From contig REAG01000117.1 of assembly GCA_004294265.1 (NCBI GenBank), positions 540-64,539 of the forward strand: a stretch of 64,000 nt of DNA. Direction: 5' to 3'. Shown here piece by piece: positions 38,122-49,066 of this stretch. The stretch comes from Cytophagales bacterium (GTDB lineage: Bacteria > Bacteroidota > Bacteroidia > Cytophagales > UBA9547). The position numbers were made by a program, and so were the translations under genes. Each line of letters begins with the position of its first letter. Position 1 is the stretch's first letter. A model generated the notes under the pieces. It was not told where the DNA came from, searched no databases, and saw only the letters and a list, made by a program, of their open reading frames with translations.

Positions 38122-39297
38122 CTACACTTCAACCACTTTTTTTAAAGGATTTCTTTCAATGGTTTTTACAGATCTATCCTTCCATTGGCATTTCATCCAA
38201 GCATCCAACATTTTACCTTTTATTGTTAAAAGCTTAATTAAAAATACCTTTTCAACTCTTTTAGCACCCAAATTTAGTTTTGCATCTAAAGAACTTCTGC
38301 CTAATTTTAGTGTTTTTTTCTTGTTTTCAATCGCATTTTCTAAACCTAAAAAAAGCATATTGAAATATAAATTGTATTTTTTATTTATTACTTTATCATA
38401 GCCCAAGTAATACATTTCAATTTCAGAATCATTTTCTAAAGTAGAATAAAAAGCAACCATTTTATTTGAAATAAATAAGGCATAAATTTTAAAATTAGAT
38501 GAATGAATTTGGCTCATAGAATACCAAAAAGATTTATTAACGACCGAAAACACAAAATCTTGTTCTTCAATAGTTTCTAAATATAAATTTTGTAAGTCAT
38601 TTTGAAAAATTTCAATTTCTGAGATTGAAAGTAAACGAATTTCAAAATGATTTTGACTTTCAGTAATTTTTTTATAGCGAGATGCATATTTCCTAGAAAG
38701 CATTTCGGCATAATCTTCTATTTTAGTCCAATGGTTTTCTATTTGAAAATCCATAAAAATATCAGGAATTTGCTGAAAAAAACCATTTTGATTTAAAAAA
38801 ACAGCTTGATTAGAATTAAATTCAATTTCTTTTCCAATCAAAGCTGTACATTTTAACTTTTTTGCTAAAGTTTCACTTCCTTCGAGCCAAAAATCAAGGC
38901 TTAAATCTTGGTTTAAAATTAAACTATCATGAATAAAAGCAGGAAAATTATTTCTTAAAATATTACCTAAAACCAAAACTTTAAATTGAGAAATTCCCAA
39001 TAAAATTTGAATTAAACTAGAAAATTGATTTGATTCCGAAATTTTCTTAACCGTTAATTCATTAGGTCTTACAAATTGATAATAAGAAAAAAAAATAGGT
39101 ATATTTTCAAAAAAAATTACTGTATAATAAGTATGAATATTTAAAGAAGCTAATTGAATTTCTTGAAAAAATAAAATATGATTTTTAAAAAATAAATCGT
39201 TTTTTATACTTTCAATATCTTTAAAATTTTCAGTAATAATTTGAGAATACTCTAATTTATTTTTTATAATTTTATTCTGTATAAGTAGTGTTTTCAA
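38122..39297 (-). CDS. hypothetical protein, possibly GNAT/FemAB-like acyltransferase fold
   Basis: 391-aa ORF. The C-terminal segment VAFYSTLENDSEIEMYYLGYD...YNLYFNMLFLGLENAIENKKKTLKLGRSS resembles GNAT-type FemAB/BioF2-like domains. This is a weak recognition only. Confidence 0.35.
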   Translation of the reverse strand: MKTLLIQNKIIKNKLEYSQIITENFKDIESIKNDLFFKNHILFFQEIQLASLNIHTYYTVIFFENIPIFFSYYQFVRPNELTVKKISESNQFSSLIQILLGISQFKVLVLGNILRNNFPAFIHDSLILNQDLSLDFWLEGSETLAKKLKCTALIGKEIEFNSNQAVFLNQNGFFQQIPDIFMDFQIENHWTKIEDYAEMLSRKYASRYKKITESQNHFEIRLLSISEIEIFQNDLQNLYLETIEEQDFVFSVVNKSFWYSMSQIHSSNFKIYALFISNKMVAFYSTLENDSEIEMYYLGYDKVINKKYNLYFNMLFLGLENAIENKKKTLKLGRSSLDAKLNLGAKRVEKVFLIKLLTIKGKMLDAWMKCQWKDRSVKTIERNPLKKVVEV

Positions 39298-39302
39298 TAT
39301 TT

Positions 39303-40040
39303 TTATAATTCGTTATTTTTAATATCTTTTGTAAGTAATTTTTTGTAATATTTGCTATTTAAACTTTTCTGTAAAGCCAAAATATGATTGCCATGATGCG
39401 TATCCGAACCTACAAAATCTATCATATCGGCATCAATTAATTTTTGAGCCATTTTTTTGCAATCATCTTCGTAATAACCTGACAATGAGTTGATATTTAA
39501 CTGAAAACTCAATCCATAGTTTTTTAAAATTTGATATTTATTTAGGTTAAAATGGTAATAATTATACCTTTCGGGATGAGCTAAGATAGGAGAATATCCA
39601 TTAGACAAAAGCAAATATACAGCTTCGTGAATTAAATGTGATTCGTTTATATATGAAAGTTCAAATAAAATATGTTTATCACCAAAAGTAAGTAATGGTT
39701 CATTATTTTTAATTTTATTTAAAAAGAAATCATCTAAATAGTATTCAGCAGCAGCTTCAATTTCTATTTCACAATTTTGAGTTTTAAAGTAAGATTTTAG
39801 TTCTTCAAGTTTTGGTAAAATAGTTTCCGGAGAATTATTGTATTTAGAATTATAAATATGTGGAGTAGTAATAATTTTAGTAATTCCCGTTTTTTTTAAT
39901 TCTAAAATTAATTCTAAAGATTGTTCAAAGGTTCTAACACCATCATCTAATCCAGGCAAAAGATGCGAATGAAAATCGGTTGTAAAACCATATTTATTGT
40001 CAGAGTTTACCCCAAAAATGCTTTTAATATTACTAATCAT
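39303..40040 (-). CDS. CpsB/CapC-type PHP-family protein-tyrosine phosphatase
   Basis: DFHSHLLPGLDDG, TTPHIY, LAHPERY and GSDTHH metal-binding motifs. Confidence 0.75.
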   Translation of the reverse strand: MISNIKSIFGVNSDNKYGFTTDFHSHLLPGLDDGVRTFEQSLELILELKKTGITKIITTPHIYNSKYNNSPETILPKLEELKSYFKTQNCEIEIEAAAEYYLDDFFLNKIKNNEPLLTFGDKHILFELSYINESHLIHEAVYLLLSNGYSPILAHPERYNYYHFNLNKYQILKNYGLSFQLNINSLSGYYEDDCKKMAQKLIDADMIDFVGSDTHHGNHILALQKSLNSKYYKKLLTKDIKNNEL

Positions 40041-40177
40041 GGTCTAATAATGGATTCCAAATATTGATTTTAAAAATTTTAAAATCAAATATTGATTCAA
40101 ATGTTTTGAAAAACATAGATCAATTAATTTTGCAAAAATATAATTAAAATATCATCAAACAAAACTCTATTTTTGAA

Positions 40178-40951
40178 TTATTTTATATCTTTTAAAAATG
40201 GAAATTTTTTTCTATAATCACTTAATAATGAAGTGCATAACTCAAATTGAATTACTTTTTCAATTTCCCCAAAATTCTTATTATGTTCAGGTAAAGCAAA
40301 CGAAAATGCACTATTTCCATTATATTTTTGTTTTCTACCATCCTCCCCTATTCTGTTTATGCCAATTACAAAGCAAGAATTTTCAATAGCCCTTGCTTCT
40401 AACAAATGATTCCAAGCCAAAACTCTACTTTCTGGCCAGTTAGCACAATAAATAATTAAATCAAAAGCATATTTATCATCAATAATTTGATTTCTAGCAT
40501 TTTCAGGAAACCGTAAATCGTAACAAATCTGCGGATTAATTTTCCAATTTTTATAGTCAATAATTACTTTTTTTGAACCAGAATTATAGACTTTATCTTC
40601 ACCAGCAAAGCAAAAAGTATGTATTTTGTCGTAAGTTTGTATATTTCCATTTGGAGTAACAAACAAAAAACGATTATAATAAAAACCGTTTTCTTTAATA
40701 GCTATTGAACCGCAAATGGCAGATTTTGTTTGAACTGCTATCATTTTCATCCACTTTGTAGTGTGTCCGTTTGAGGGCTCAGAAAAAGTTTTTGGATTCA
40801 TAGAAAAACCTGTATTAAACATTTCAGGCAATATTATTAAATCAAAGTCGTTAGAAATATTCCATATTTTTTCTTCCAATATGGCTAAATTTGCAGCTAT
40901 GTTTTCCCAAAAAATATCAGTTTGAATAAGAACTATTTTTAGATTTTCCAT
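40178..40951 (-). CDS. carbon-nitrogen hydrolase (nitrilase superfamily, omega-amidase-like)
   Basis: ILPEMF (Glu), a central Lys region, and ICYDLRFPE (catalytic Cys). 257 aa. Confidence 0.85.
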   Translation of the reverse strand: MENLKIVLIQTDIFWENIAANLAILEEKIWNISNDFDLIILPEMFNTGFSMNPKTFSEPSNGHTTKWMKMIAVQTKSAICGSIAIKENGFYYNRFLFVTPNGNIQTYDKIHTFCFAGEDKVYNSGSKKVIIDYKNWKINPQICYDLRFPENARNQIIDDKYAFDLIIYCANWPESRVLAWNHLLEARAIENSCFVIGINRIGEDGRKQKYNGNSAFSFALPEHNKNFGEIEKVIQFELCTSLLSDYRKKFPFLKDIK

Positions 40952-40976
40952 TGTAAAAAAGTAAGAATAAAAAATA

Positions 40977-41612
40977 TTATTTTTTTACTTTTAATGGAAA
41001 TACTTTTCTGAACTTTTCAATTTTAGGCTTAATCACAAAATAGCAATAAGGTTGCGAACCATTTAGATTATAGTAGTTTTGATGATAATTTTCAGCTACA
41101 TAAAAAGTTGAAGAGGGAGATATTTCGGTTACTAATGGTTTTGAATAAGCTCCAGAACTATTCAAATCAATTTTTAATTTATCTGCAATGTTTTTTTGTA
41201 TTTCATTATGATGAAATATTACTGAGCGGTATTGCGTTCCTGCATCGTTTCCCTGTCTATTTAGCGTAGTGGGGTCATGTGTTTTCCAAAAAATTTCTAA
41301 AATATCTGAAATAGAAATTTTATCAGAATCAAAAGTGATTTGAACAACTTCTGCATGACCAGTTTCTCCAGTACATATATCTTTGTAAGTCGGATTTTTG
41401 AGAGAACCGCCCATGTAACCAGATTCTACTTTTAAAATTCCATCGGCTTGTAAAAAAACTGCTTCTACACACCAAAAACAACCTGCTCCTAAAGTTATCA
41501 TTTCTTTTTTTTCCATTTTTACTGTTTTTTTATTGGTTTGCCCACTTGAAAAATCCGATATTATTAGCAATATAAAAACGGATAAAAAGATATAATTTTT
41601 TAAAATTTTCAT
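40977..41612 (-). CDS. msrA: peptide-methionine (S)-S-oxide reductase MsrA (with signal peptide)
   Basis: GAGCFWCVEAVF, GHAEVVQITFD and YHQNYY. Confidence 0.95.
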   Translation of the reverse strand: MKILKNYIFLSVFILLIISDFSSGQTNKKTVKMEKKEMITLGAGCFWCVEAVFLQADGILKVESGYMGGSLKNPTYKDICTGETGHAEVVQITFDSDKISISDILEIFWKTHDPTTLNRQGNDAGTQYRSVIFHHNEIQKNIADKLKIDLNSSGAYSKPLVTEISPSSTFYVAENYHQNYYNLNGSQPYCYFVIKPKIEKFRKVFPLKVKK

Positions 41613-41788
41613 TAACTTTTATCTTAAGTAGTATTACAAATTAAACGAATGAATTTAATGATTGTTATTTAAAATTCAAAATATTTATTTATTGAAATAT
41701 AAATAGCAAATAAAACTGACATTTTTACAGTTTTTTATACTTGGAATAACTTTTGAAAAGTATAAATAAATCATAAATTAAAATTACC

Positions 41789-43606
41789 ATGGAAGAGAAA
41801 GGCACACTTTCGATACATACAGAAAATATATTTCCTATTATCAAGAAATTTCTGTATTCAGACCACGAAATATTTCTTCGTGAATTAGTTTCAAATGCAC
41901 AAGATGCAACTCAAAAACTCAAAAAACTGTCGCTAATGGGCGAGTTTAAGGGTGAATTAGGCGATTTAAAATTGAAAGTAAAAATTGATGAAGTTGCCAA
42001 AACTCTTACTATTAGCGATGCTGGTATTGGTTTGACTGCCGATGAGATGAAAAAATATATCAACCAAATTGCTTTTTCGGGAGCAACTGAATTTGTTGAG
42101 AAATTTAAAGACAAAATTGAAAATCCTCAAGACTTAATTGGTAAGTTTGGATTAGGATTTTACTCTGCATTTATGGTAGCTGAAAGGGTTGAAATTCTTT
42201 CATTAAGCTATAAAGATGGAGCCGAAGCGGCACTTTGGAGCTGCACAGGCACAACAGATTATGCCATTACGCCAGCAACAAAATCGGAAAGAGGAACTGA
42301 TATTGTGCTTTATATTAATGAAGAAAGTGCAGAGTTTTTAGAAAAATCAAGAATAAGTTCTATTTTAACTAAATATTGTAAATTCTTACCTATCGAAATC
42401 GAATTTGATGAAAAAATAATCAATAATCCTCACCCAATCTGGACCAAACAACCAGCCGATTTGAAAGATGAAGATTATGTTAATTTTTACAAAGAATTAT
42501 ATCCATTTTCTGAAGATCCACTTTTTTGGATTCACTTAAATGTAGATTATCCTTTTAATCTTACTGGAGTTTTGTATTTTCCGAAAGTAAAACAAGAGTT
42601 TGAATTACAAAAAAATAAAATACAATTATATAGCCGTCAAGTTTTTATAACAGACGAAGTAAAAGATGTTGTTCCTGAGTTTTTGATGCTGATGCATGGA
42701 GTAATTGATTCTCCAGATATTCCTTTAAATGTATCTCGTTCTTACTTACAAGCTGATGGAAATGTAAAGAAAATAAACTCACATATTACTAAAAAAGTAG
42801 GTGATAAATTAGCTGAACTTTTCAAAAACGATCGACCAAGTTACGAATCTAAATGGGATAGTTTAGGACTTTTTGTAAAATATGGTATGATTACAGATGA
42901 TAAGTTTTTTGAAAAAGCAAAAGATTTTTGTTTATTCAAAAACATTGATAATCAGTATTTTACAATCGATGAATATCGTGAAAAAGTTCAAGTAGTTCAA
43001 GAAGATAAAAACAATAATATTGTTTACCTTTATACAAATGATGAAGGAAAACAAGATTCATACATTCAATCAGCAAAGAAAAAATCTTACGATGTTTTGA
43101 AATTTGAAACTCCTATTGATAATCATTTTGTTTCGCATATCGAACGCAAGTTAGACAAAACAAGTTTCAAGAGAATTGATTCAGATATTGCAGATAAAAT
43201 CATAGAAAAAGATGTAATATTAGAAAGTATCTTGAGTGATTCTCAAAAAGAAGAGTTAAAAACTTTGTTTGATAAAGTAATAAACAATAAAAATTACGCA
43301 GTACAAATTGAAGCACTTTCAGCCGATGAAATGCCAGTTGCAGTAACTTTACCTGAATTCATGCGAAGAATGAAAGAGATGAACATGGGCGGAGGTGGAA
43401 TGAATTTTATGGGTGCAATGCCAGATAGTTATACAGTTGCAGTGAATGCAAATCACGCAATTATGCAAAAAATATTGGCTGCAAACGAGGATTCTAAAGA
43501 GTTAATTGCCAAATACGCTTTTGATTTAGGATTATTAAACCAAAATTTATTAACAGGTGCTGCTCTTACAAATTTTATCAATAAAAGTGTAAATTTAGTA
43601 AGTTAA
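41789..43606 (+). CDS. htpG: molecular chaperone HtpG (Hsp90)
   Basis: FLRELVSNAQDA, IGKFGLGFYSAFMVA and SPDIPLNVSRSYLQ. Confidence 0.95.
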   Translation: MEEKGTLSIHTENIFPIIKKFLYSDHEIFLRELVSNAQDATQKLKKLSLMGEFKGELGDLKLKVKIDEVAKTLTISDAGIGLTADEMKKYINQIAFSGATEFVEKFKDKIENPQDLIGKFGLGFYSAFMVAERVEILSLSYKDGAEAALWSCTGTTDYAITPATKSERGTDIVLYINEESAEFLEKSRISSILTKYCKFLPIEIEFDEKIINNPHPIWTKQPADLKDEDYVNFYKELYPFSEDPLFWIHLNVDYPFNLTGVLYFPKVKQEFELQKNKIQLYSRQVFITDEVKDVVPEFLMLMHGVIDSPDIPLNVSRSYLQADGNVKKINSHITKKVGDKLAELFKNDRPSYESKWDSLGLFVKYGMITDDKFFEKAKDFCLFKNIDNQYFTIDEYREKVQVVQEDKNNNIVYLYTNDEGKQDSYIQSAKKKSYDVLKFETPIDNHFVSHIERKLDKTSFKRIDSDIADKIIEKDVILESILSDSQKEELKTLFDKVINNKNYAVQIEALSADEMPVAVTLPEFMRRMKEMNMGGGGMNFMGAMPDSYTVAVNANHAIMQKILAANEDSKELIAKYAFDLGLLNQNLLTGAALTNFINKSVNLVS

Positions 43607-43622
43607 TTTATTTATGTTGAGA

Positions 43623-43672
43623 AAAGCTAATTCGTTATTTCAAAATATTGAATTAGCTTTTTTTATTTTTTT
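43623..43672 (+). terminator. rho-independent terminator of htpG
   Basis: 11-bp stem aaagctaattc / gaattagcttt followed by tttttattttttt, 17 nt after the stop. Confidence 0.75.
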
Positions 43673-43779
43673 AGCACTAAAATAATTTATTTTAGAAATT
43701 TTTAGACAAAATGTCAGATAAATTTAGAATAAAACATAAATATTTTTTAATATTGTAATCATAAAACAATTTCATTTCA

Positions 43780-45030
43780 TTGACCGCTCAAGAAATACAA
43801 TCTATTAAACAACGCTTTGGAATTATAGGAAATAGTTCGTTGTTGAACTATGCCATTGAAGTTGCTGCTCAAGTAGCTACAACCAATATGACTGTGATGA
43901 TTTCGGGTGAAAGCGGTACAGGAAAAGAATCATTTTCTAAAATTATTCACCAATTAAGTCCACGCAAACATGGACAATTTATTGCTGTAAATTGCGGAGC
44001 AATTCCGGAAGGTACTATTGATTCAGAACTTTTTGGACACGATAAAGGTTCTTTTACTGGAGCTACCGATGCCAGAAAAGGCTATTTTGAAGTTACAGAT
44101 GGTGGTACAATTTTTTTGGATGAAATTGGAGAAATGCCGCTTGGTACGCAAGCAAGACTTCTTCGGATTTTAGAAAATGGCGAGTATTTAAGAGTTGGTT
44201 CTTCAAAAGTTCAAAAAACTGATGTGCGTGTAGTGGCTGCAACCAATGTCAATTTATTGAAAGCCATTGATGAAAAAAGATTTAGAGAAGATTTATATTA
44301 TAGAATAAATACCGTTCCTATTCATGTGCCTGCTTTAAGAGAGCGTGGTCATGATATTTATTTATTATTTAGAAAATTTGCTAATGATTTTTCTGAAAAA
44401 AATCGCATAGATCCAGTTAAACTTACTAAAGAAGCACAAGATGAGCTAAATAAATATAAATTTCCGGGTAATATTCGGCAATTAAAAAACATTGTAGATC
44501 AGGTTTCTTTGCTCGAAATAAACAGAGAATTAGGAATTACAGAATTAGCAAAATACTTACCAAACTACAAACAAAATACAATGCCTAGCATTTCAGGAAA
44601 CTATTCTCAATCGGATAGTTATACTGACAAAGAAATTATTTTTAAATTTCTTTTTGAAATGAAAAGGGATTTGAATGATTTGAAAAGTATGGTTTTGGAA
44701 TTGGCAAAAAATCCATCTGATATAGAACAAATTGTTAATAGCCGACCCGATTTATTTGTAAATCAAGACACAAAATTATTAGAGAAATCAAATTTTAACG
44801 CTAATTCTAGCCAAGAAAACCAACATTCTGAAGAGGAAATATCCAAAGTTGAAGATATTTTACATGTGGTAGAAGAAGAAAATTTATCCATTAATGTAAA
44901 AGAAAAAGAGTTGATAATCAAGGCTTTAAAAAAATATAATGGCAAACGAAAATTTGCTGCTGATGATTTAGGAATTTCAGAACGCACTTTATATAGAAAA
45001 CTTAAAGAGTATGATTTAGAACATTTGTAA
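43780..45030 (+). CDS. sigma-54-dependent transcriptional activator (AAA+ plus Fis-type HTH, no N-terminal sensor domain)
   Basis: Walker A GESGTGKE, the GAFTGA-like loop GSFTGA, Walker B TIFLDEIGEM, and C-terminal AADDLGISERTLYRKLKEY. TTG start per the ORF track. Confidence 0.85.
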   Translation: MTAQEIQSIKQRFGIIGNSSLLNYAIEVAAQVATTNMTVMISGESGTGKESFSKIIHQLSPRKHGQFIAVNCGAIPEGTIDSELFGHDKGSFTGATDARKGYFEVTDGGTIFLDEIGEMPLGTQARLLRILENGEYLRVGSSKVQKTDVRVVAATNVNLLKAIDEKRFREDLYYRINTVPIHVPALRERGHDIYLLFRKFANDFSEKNRIDPVKLTKEAQDELNKYKFPGNIRQLKNIVDQVSLLEINRELGITELAKYLPNYKQNTMPSISGNYSQSDSYTDKEIIFKFLFEMKRDLNDLKSMVLELAKNPSDIEQIVNSRPDLFVNQDTKLLEKSNFNANSSQENQHSEEEISKVEDILHVVEEENLSINVKEKELIIKALKKYNGKRKFAADDLGISERTLYRKLKEYDLEHL

Positions 45031-45039
45031 TCAAAAAAA

Positions 45040-45567
45040 ATGAAATATTTAAAAGCATTTAAAAATAAATTTTTATTTTTTTTTAACCTAATTTTAATAG
45101 CTTTATTAGTAAGTTCTTGCAGAGTTTATAACTTTTCTGGCTCTTCACTTTCACCTGATTTAAAAACGATTTCTATTTCTAATTTTGCAAACGAAGTCGG
45201 AACTGGACCTGCAAGAATGGCTCAAAATTTTACGGAAAAATTAAAAGATTATTACTCTTCTAATACAAGCCTGAAAATTGTTAAAAGCAATGCAGATTTA
45301 TATTTAGATGGTGCAATTGTTGGTTATCAACTTACGCCACTCGCCCCTACCGGACAAGAAACTGCTTCTCAAAACCGACTTACGATTTCAATAAAATACA
45401 AATATGAAAACACCAAGGATTCGACCCAAAATGTATCGCTACAAACTAATCAATATGCAGATTTTGCTCAAAATGTATCGTTTAGTTCGGTAGAAAACGA
45501 AAAAATAGATGAAATTATTGAAAAATTATTGTTAGATATTTTTCAAAAAACAACAGCAAATTGGTAA
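45040..45567 (+). CDS. lipoprotein, LptE-like
   Basis: Lipobox LLVSSC, ~175 aa, 9 nt downstream of the sigma-54 activator. The LptE assignment comes from remembered flavobacterial context and general pattern. Confidence 0.45.
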   Translation: MKYLKAFKNKFLFFFNLILIALLVSSCRVYNFSGSSLSPDLKTISISNFANEVGTGPARMAQNFTEKLKDYYSSNTSLKIVKSNADLYLDGAIVGYQLTPLAPTGQETASQNRLTISIKYKYENTKDSTQNVSLQTNQYADFAQNVSFSSVENEKIDEIIEKLLLDIFQKTTANW

Positions 45568-45729
45568 TAATTTACGTTAATATTGAAAAAAAATATAAAT
45601 ATATACTAAATAAGTTCTTTTTAATTGAGTTTTAAAGCAAAAAACTATTGCTAAACTAATTATTAATATTTTGTGTCTTTTTTATTTGAAATAAATTGTG
45701 CAATTTTGCAAAAATATTATTCTTAATTT

Positions 45730-46356
45730 ATGCGTACAACCCCATTAGAAATCAGACAAAAAAGTTTTGAAAAAGGATTTAGAGGTTACGAAAAAGAAGA
45801 AGTGGATGCTTTTTTGCTTACACTTTCGATGGAATGGGAAAAAAGTTTAGAGATAAATAGAGAATTAAAAAGCAAAGTAGAATATCAAGAAAAAGAACTT
45901 TTAAAGTTGCGTGAAGTTGAAAGTTCGCTTTACAAAACACTTAAAACTGCCGAAACCACTGGCAGCACATTGGTTGAACAAGCCAATAAATCTGCAGAAT
46001 TGATTCTTAAAGAGGCACAAATGAACGCAGATATGTTGATAAACCAATCAAAATATAATGCAAAAAACTGTATTGAAGAGGCTGAAAATAAAGCAAAAAA
46101 CATAATTGAAGAAACTCAAGACCATGTCAAGATTGCTAATCGGGAGTTGAAAGAAATTGAAAATTTGAAAGAGAATTTACTCTTAGATTTAAGAAATCTT
46201 TCAAACGATGTGCTTGAAAAAATAAATAAAATGTATTCTCAAGCGAATAAAAAACAAGAGGAAGCTGCTTCTTTAAAAAGAGCTGCTCAAACTAGCATTT
46301 TTGTTGAAAAAGAAACAGAAATTAAACCTCAAAAAAGCTTTTTTGATTCTATTTAA
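45730..46356 (+). CDS. DivIVA-domain protein
   Basis: TPLEIRQKSFEKGFRGYEKEEVDAFL is the DivIVA N-terminal signature. The rest is coiled-coil. Confidence 0.8.
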   Translation: MRTTPLEIRQKSFEKGFRGYEKEEVDAFLLTLSMEWEKSLEINRELKSKVEYQEKELLKLREVESSLYKTLKTAETTGSTLVEQANKSAELILKEAQMNADMLINQSKYNAKNCIEEAENKAKNIIEETQDHVKIANRELKEIENLKENLLLDLRNLSNDVLEKINKMYSQANKKQEEAASLKRAAQTSIFVEKETEIKPQKSFFDSI

Positions 46357-46362
46357 AAACTA

Positions 46363-47547
46363 TTAAATGGTTTTTCCACCCATCGCATCTGCTTGAGCTT
46401 TGGTAAGTTTATAAAGCATTATTCTTCCAAACCTTCCAGCGACATACATTTTTACAACTAATGCTACGCCACCATCGGAGGTTGAAATGAGGTTGCAAAC
46501 TTCAGTTTTACTACCTGAACCATAATAAGCCGTGTGTATAAGTTTCCCAGCTGATTCATCATAAATTTGAATAATAGCCTGTCCGTTTTTTGAGTTTGCC
46601 AAAAGTGCCACACAATTTATATTATTCAATAATATCTTATTTAATTTTACTTCAGAATATAAACTTAAATCTTGCAAAATATTACCTTCAAGCGAATTAA
46701 TTGATGAAATTGACTCTGAATTAATATTTGCTTGAATTGCCAATCGAGCGTTTCCAAAAACATCAAATAAAGTTGCAGAAAACTTACCATTTGAAAGTGG
46801 TAAAATTGCACTCAGTGCCGATTCGTATCTAACTCCATTCATAATTCCTGACTGAGAACCGTTTGCGTTTGCAAAAGTTAAGGCATGTGTAAAATTTGTA
46901 AATCCATTAAAAAAAAGCTTTCCAGTAGGTAATTCGCCTGTCATGAAAGGCTTTCGTTTTCCTTGCCTTGTTAAATGCCCAAAAACTAAAGGTCGGACAT
47001 CTTCAAAAACATCAAATTTACCAGTTGATTCTGTATTTCCACTGGAATTTAATTTTGTTAAAATACTTTGTCTGTCTTCAGGATTGTAACTCAAAAGTGC
47101 TATTCCAGAACTTGTTTTTTGAGCGGCTAAAGGGTAATAAACGTCAGAAAATGATTTTACTTTTGAAAGCGTTTCATCTGCCTTTATTAACGTAGCTAAT
47201 AAGGTGCTTTTGTTCATAGCAATTATTTGAAATTCCGAACCATTTTCAATTAAATTTGGCGTAGGACTTACTAAATCATCATTTCGTTTTTCCCACAAAA
47301 CTTTACCTTTATCATCGGTTTTTAAAAGATATAAAACAGGGAAATCTGACGTTGAAACTTGAATTTCGGCTAGAATCAAAAAACCATTATCGGCAGTTTG
47401 TTTTATATCCAATGGAAAATAATCATGTCCGCTATTGTTATTTTCAAAAATAGTTGTGAACTGACTTTGAGGTAAGGGCTTATTTTTTGAAATATCACAA
47501 CTTAATAATCCAATAATTAAGGTAATAAATATTATAATTTTCTTCAT
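46363..47547 (-). CDS. hypothetical lipoprotein
   Basis: Signal peptide with lipobox LLSC, and a beta-rich repetitive body. No family was recognised. Confidence 0.5.
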   Translation of the reverse strand: MKKIIIFITLIIGLLSCDISKNKPLPQSQFTTIFENNNSGHDYFPLDIKQTADNGFLILAEIQVSTSDFPVLYLLKTDDKGKVLWEKRNDDLVSPTPNLIENGSEFQIIAMNKSTLLATLIKADETLSKVKSFSDVYYPLAAQKTSSGIALLSYNPEDRQSILTKLNSSGNTESTGKFDVFEDVRPLVFGHLTRQGKRKPFMTGELPTGKLFFNGFTNFTHALTFANANGSQSGIMNGVRYESALSAILPLSNGKFSATLFDVFGNARLAIQANINSESISSINSLEGNILQDLSLYSEVKLNKILLNNINCVALLANSKNGQAIIQIYDESAGKLIHTAYYGSGSKTEVCNLISTSDGGVALVVKMYVAGRFGRIMLYKLTKAQADAMGGKTI

Positions 47548-47585
47548 ATTGGTTTTGATAGTTAAAAGAATAATAAAACAATAAA

Positions 47586-48890
47586 CTAGGAATTCAAATA
47601 TTCAATAATAGCATCTCTCAAATTTTTGAAAATATCTTTTAATAGATCTTCGTTTTCTTCCAATAAAGTTATTCTAAAACCTTGTAAATCAGAGCAAAAC
47701 GAAGATATTGGCACCACACAAATTCCTTTAGCACCCAGCAAATAATACACAAATTGCTTATCCAATGGCATATTAGGAACAGAAACCCAATTTTGAACTA
47801 AATTTTCGATATTTTTATCTTTTATTTTTAATTTTTGACTTACTTTTAAAGAACCTTCTCTAAAAATAATGGTATTATAAAAAGCTCCGTAGGTAGGATT
47901 AAATGCCAATTCGGGAATATCTTTAAGATAATCACTAATTATAGTGCTTCTTTTTCCAATTTTTTCATTCAAATCATGTCTATAAGCCCAATAACGGTTA
48001 TCTCCCATAATTTTAGGTATAGTTTTTTGTGGTATTTTTGTGCTACAAACCTCTATCATTTTTGCATTATCAATGGCAGAACAAAGTTTTCCAAAATCAA
48101 TATCTTTATCTTTGTTGTAATATTCCATCCAACCGCAACGAGATCCGGGCCAAGGCAATTCTTTAGAAATTCCTTTCAAGGAAATGCCCGGAACATCTTC
48201 AATTACTTCAGAAAGTGCGTAAGCTCTGGCTCCATTATAAGTAATATTTAAGTAAATCTCATCACTAATAATGAATAAATTAAATTCTCTTGCAATCTCA
48301 ACAATTCGTTTTAAACTTTCTAAAGGATAAACCATTCCTGTTGGATTATCAGGATTAATTATCAAAATTCCTACGATATTAGGATTGTATTTTATCTTTA
48401 AATAAAGGTCTTCAAGATCTGGAAACCAATGATTTTCAGGATCTAATTTATAGGTTATTGGATTGGCATGTGCATGTGCACTTTCGCTCGAAGAGTGCGT
48501 AGAATAACCAGGAGAAGGCTGAATAATGCGAGAAGTTGCACTCAAAAATTGATAAACCTTACCAATAGCATCTCCTAAACCGTTGAAAAAACAAATATCA
48601 TCTGCAGTAATTTGAGCACCTTTTCTGTCGTTATTTAAGGTTGCTAGAAATTGCCTAGTTTCTAGCACACCTTTAGAAGGGCAATAGCCATAGCTATCAT
48701 TTTCACGCACCGTTTCTACGATGATTTCTTTCATCCAATCAGGCATTTGATGATTTTTAGCTATCGGATCACCAATATTTTCCCAAAAAATAGTTTGTCC
48801 TAATTGCTTAATTAAGTCGGCTTTTTTTACTATTTCACGTATTTCATAGCTCAACTCTTTTGCTCCTTCGCTCAGTAAACGCTGTCTCAT
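47586..48890 (-). CDS. class I/II PLP-dependent aminotransferase (alanine aminotransferase-like)
   Basis: INPDNPTG, FIISDEIY and the PLP-lysine context SKELPWPGSRCGW. Confidence 0.8.
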   Translation of the reverse strand: MRQRLLSEGAKELSYEIREIVKKADLIKQLGQTIFWENIGDPIAKNHQMPDWMKEIIVETVRENDSYGYCPSKGVLETRQFLATLNNDRKGAQITADDICFFNGLGDAIGKVYQFLSATSRIIQPSPGYSTHSSSESAHAHANPITYKLDPENHWFPDLEDLYLKIKYNPNIVGILIINPDNPTGMVYPLESLKRIVEIAREFNLFIISDEIYLNITYNGARAYALSEVIEDVPGISLKGISKELPWPGSRCGWMEYYNKDKDIDFGKLCSAIDNAKMIEVCSTKIPQKTIPKIMGDNRYWAYRHDLNEKIGKRSTIISDYLKDIPELAFNPTYGAFYNTIIFREGSLKVSQKLKIKDKNIENLVQNWVSVPNMPLDKQFVYYLLGAKGICVVPISSFCSDLQGFRITLLEENEDLLKDIFKNLRDAIIEYLNS

Positions 48891-49066
48891 TTTTATTTTT
48901 TTTCTATAATCCTATAAAAAGTGTGTAAAAATACTATTTTTATGGAAAAAATTAACATTTTTGCTTTTTTAAAACAGGATTAAATTTAAAATTTATTTTA
49001 TTGATAAATTATTTTAAATTTAAACTAAAATATTGAAATAAATTAATCTAAAATAATACTTTTTGA

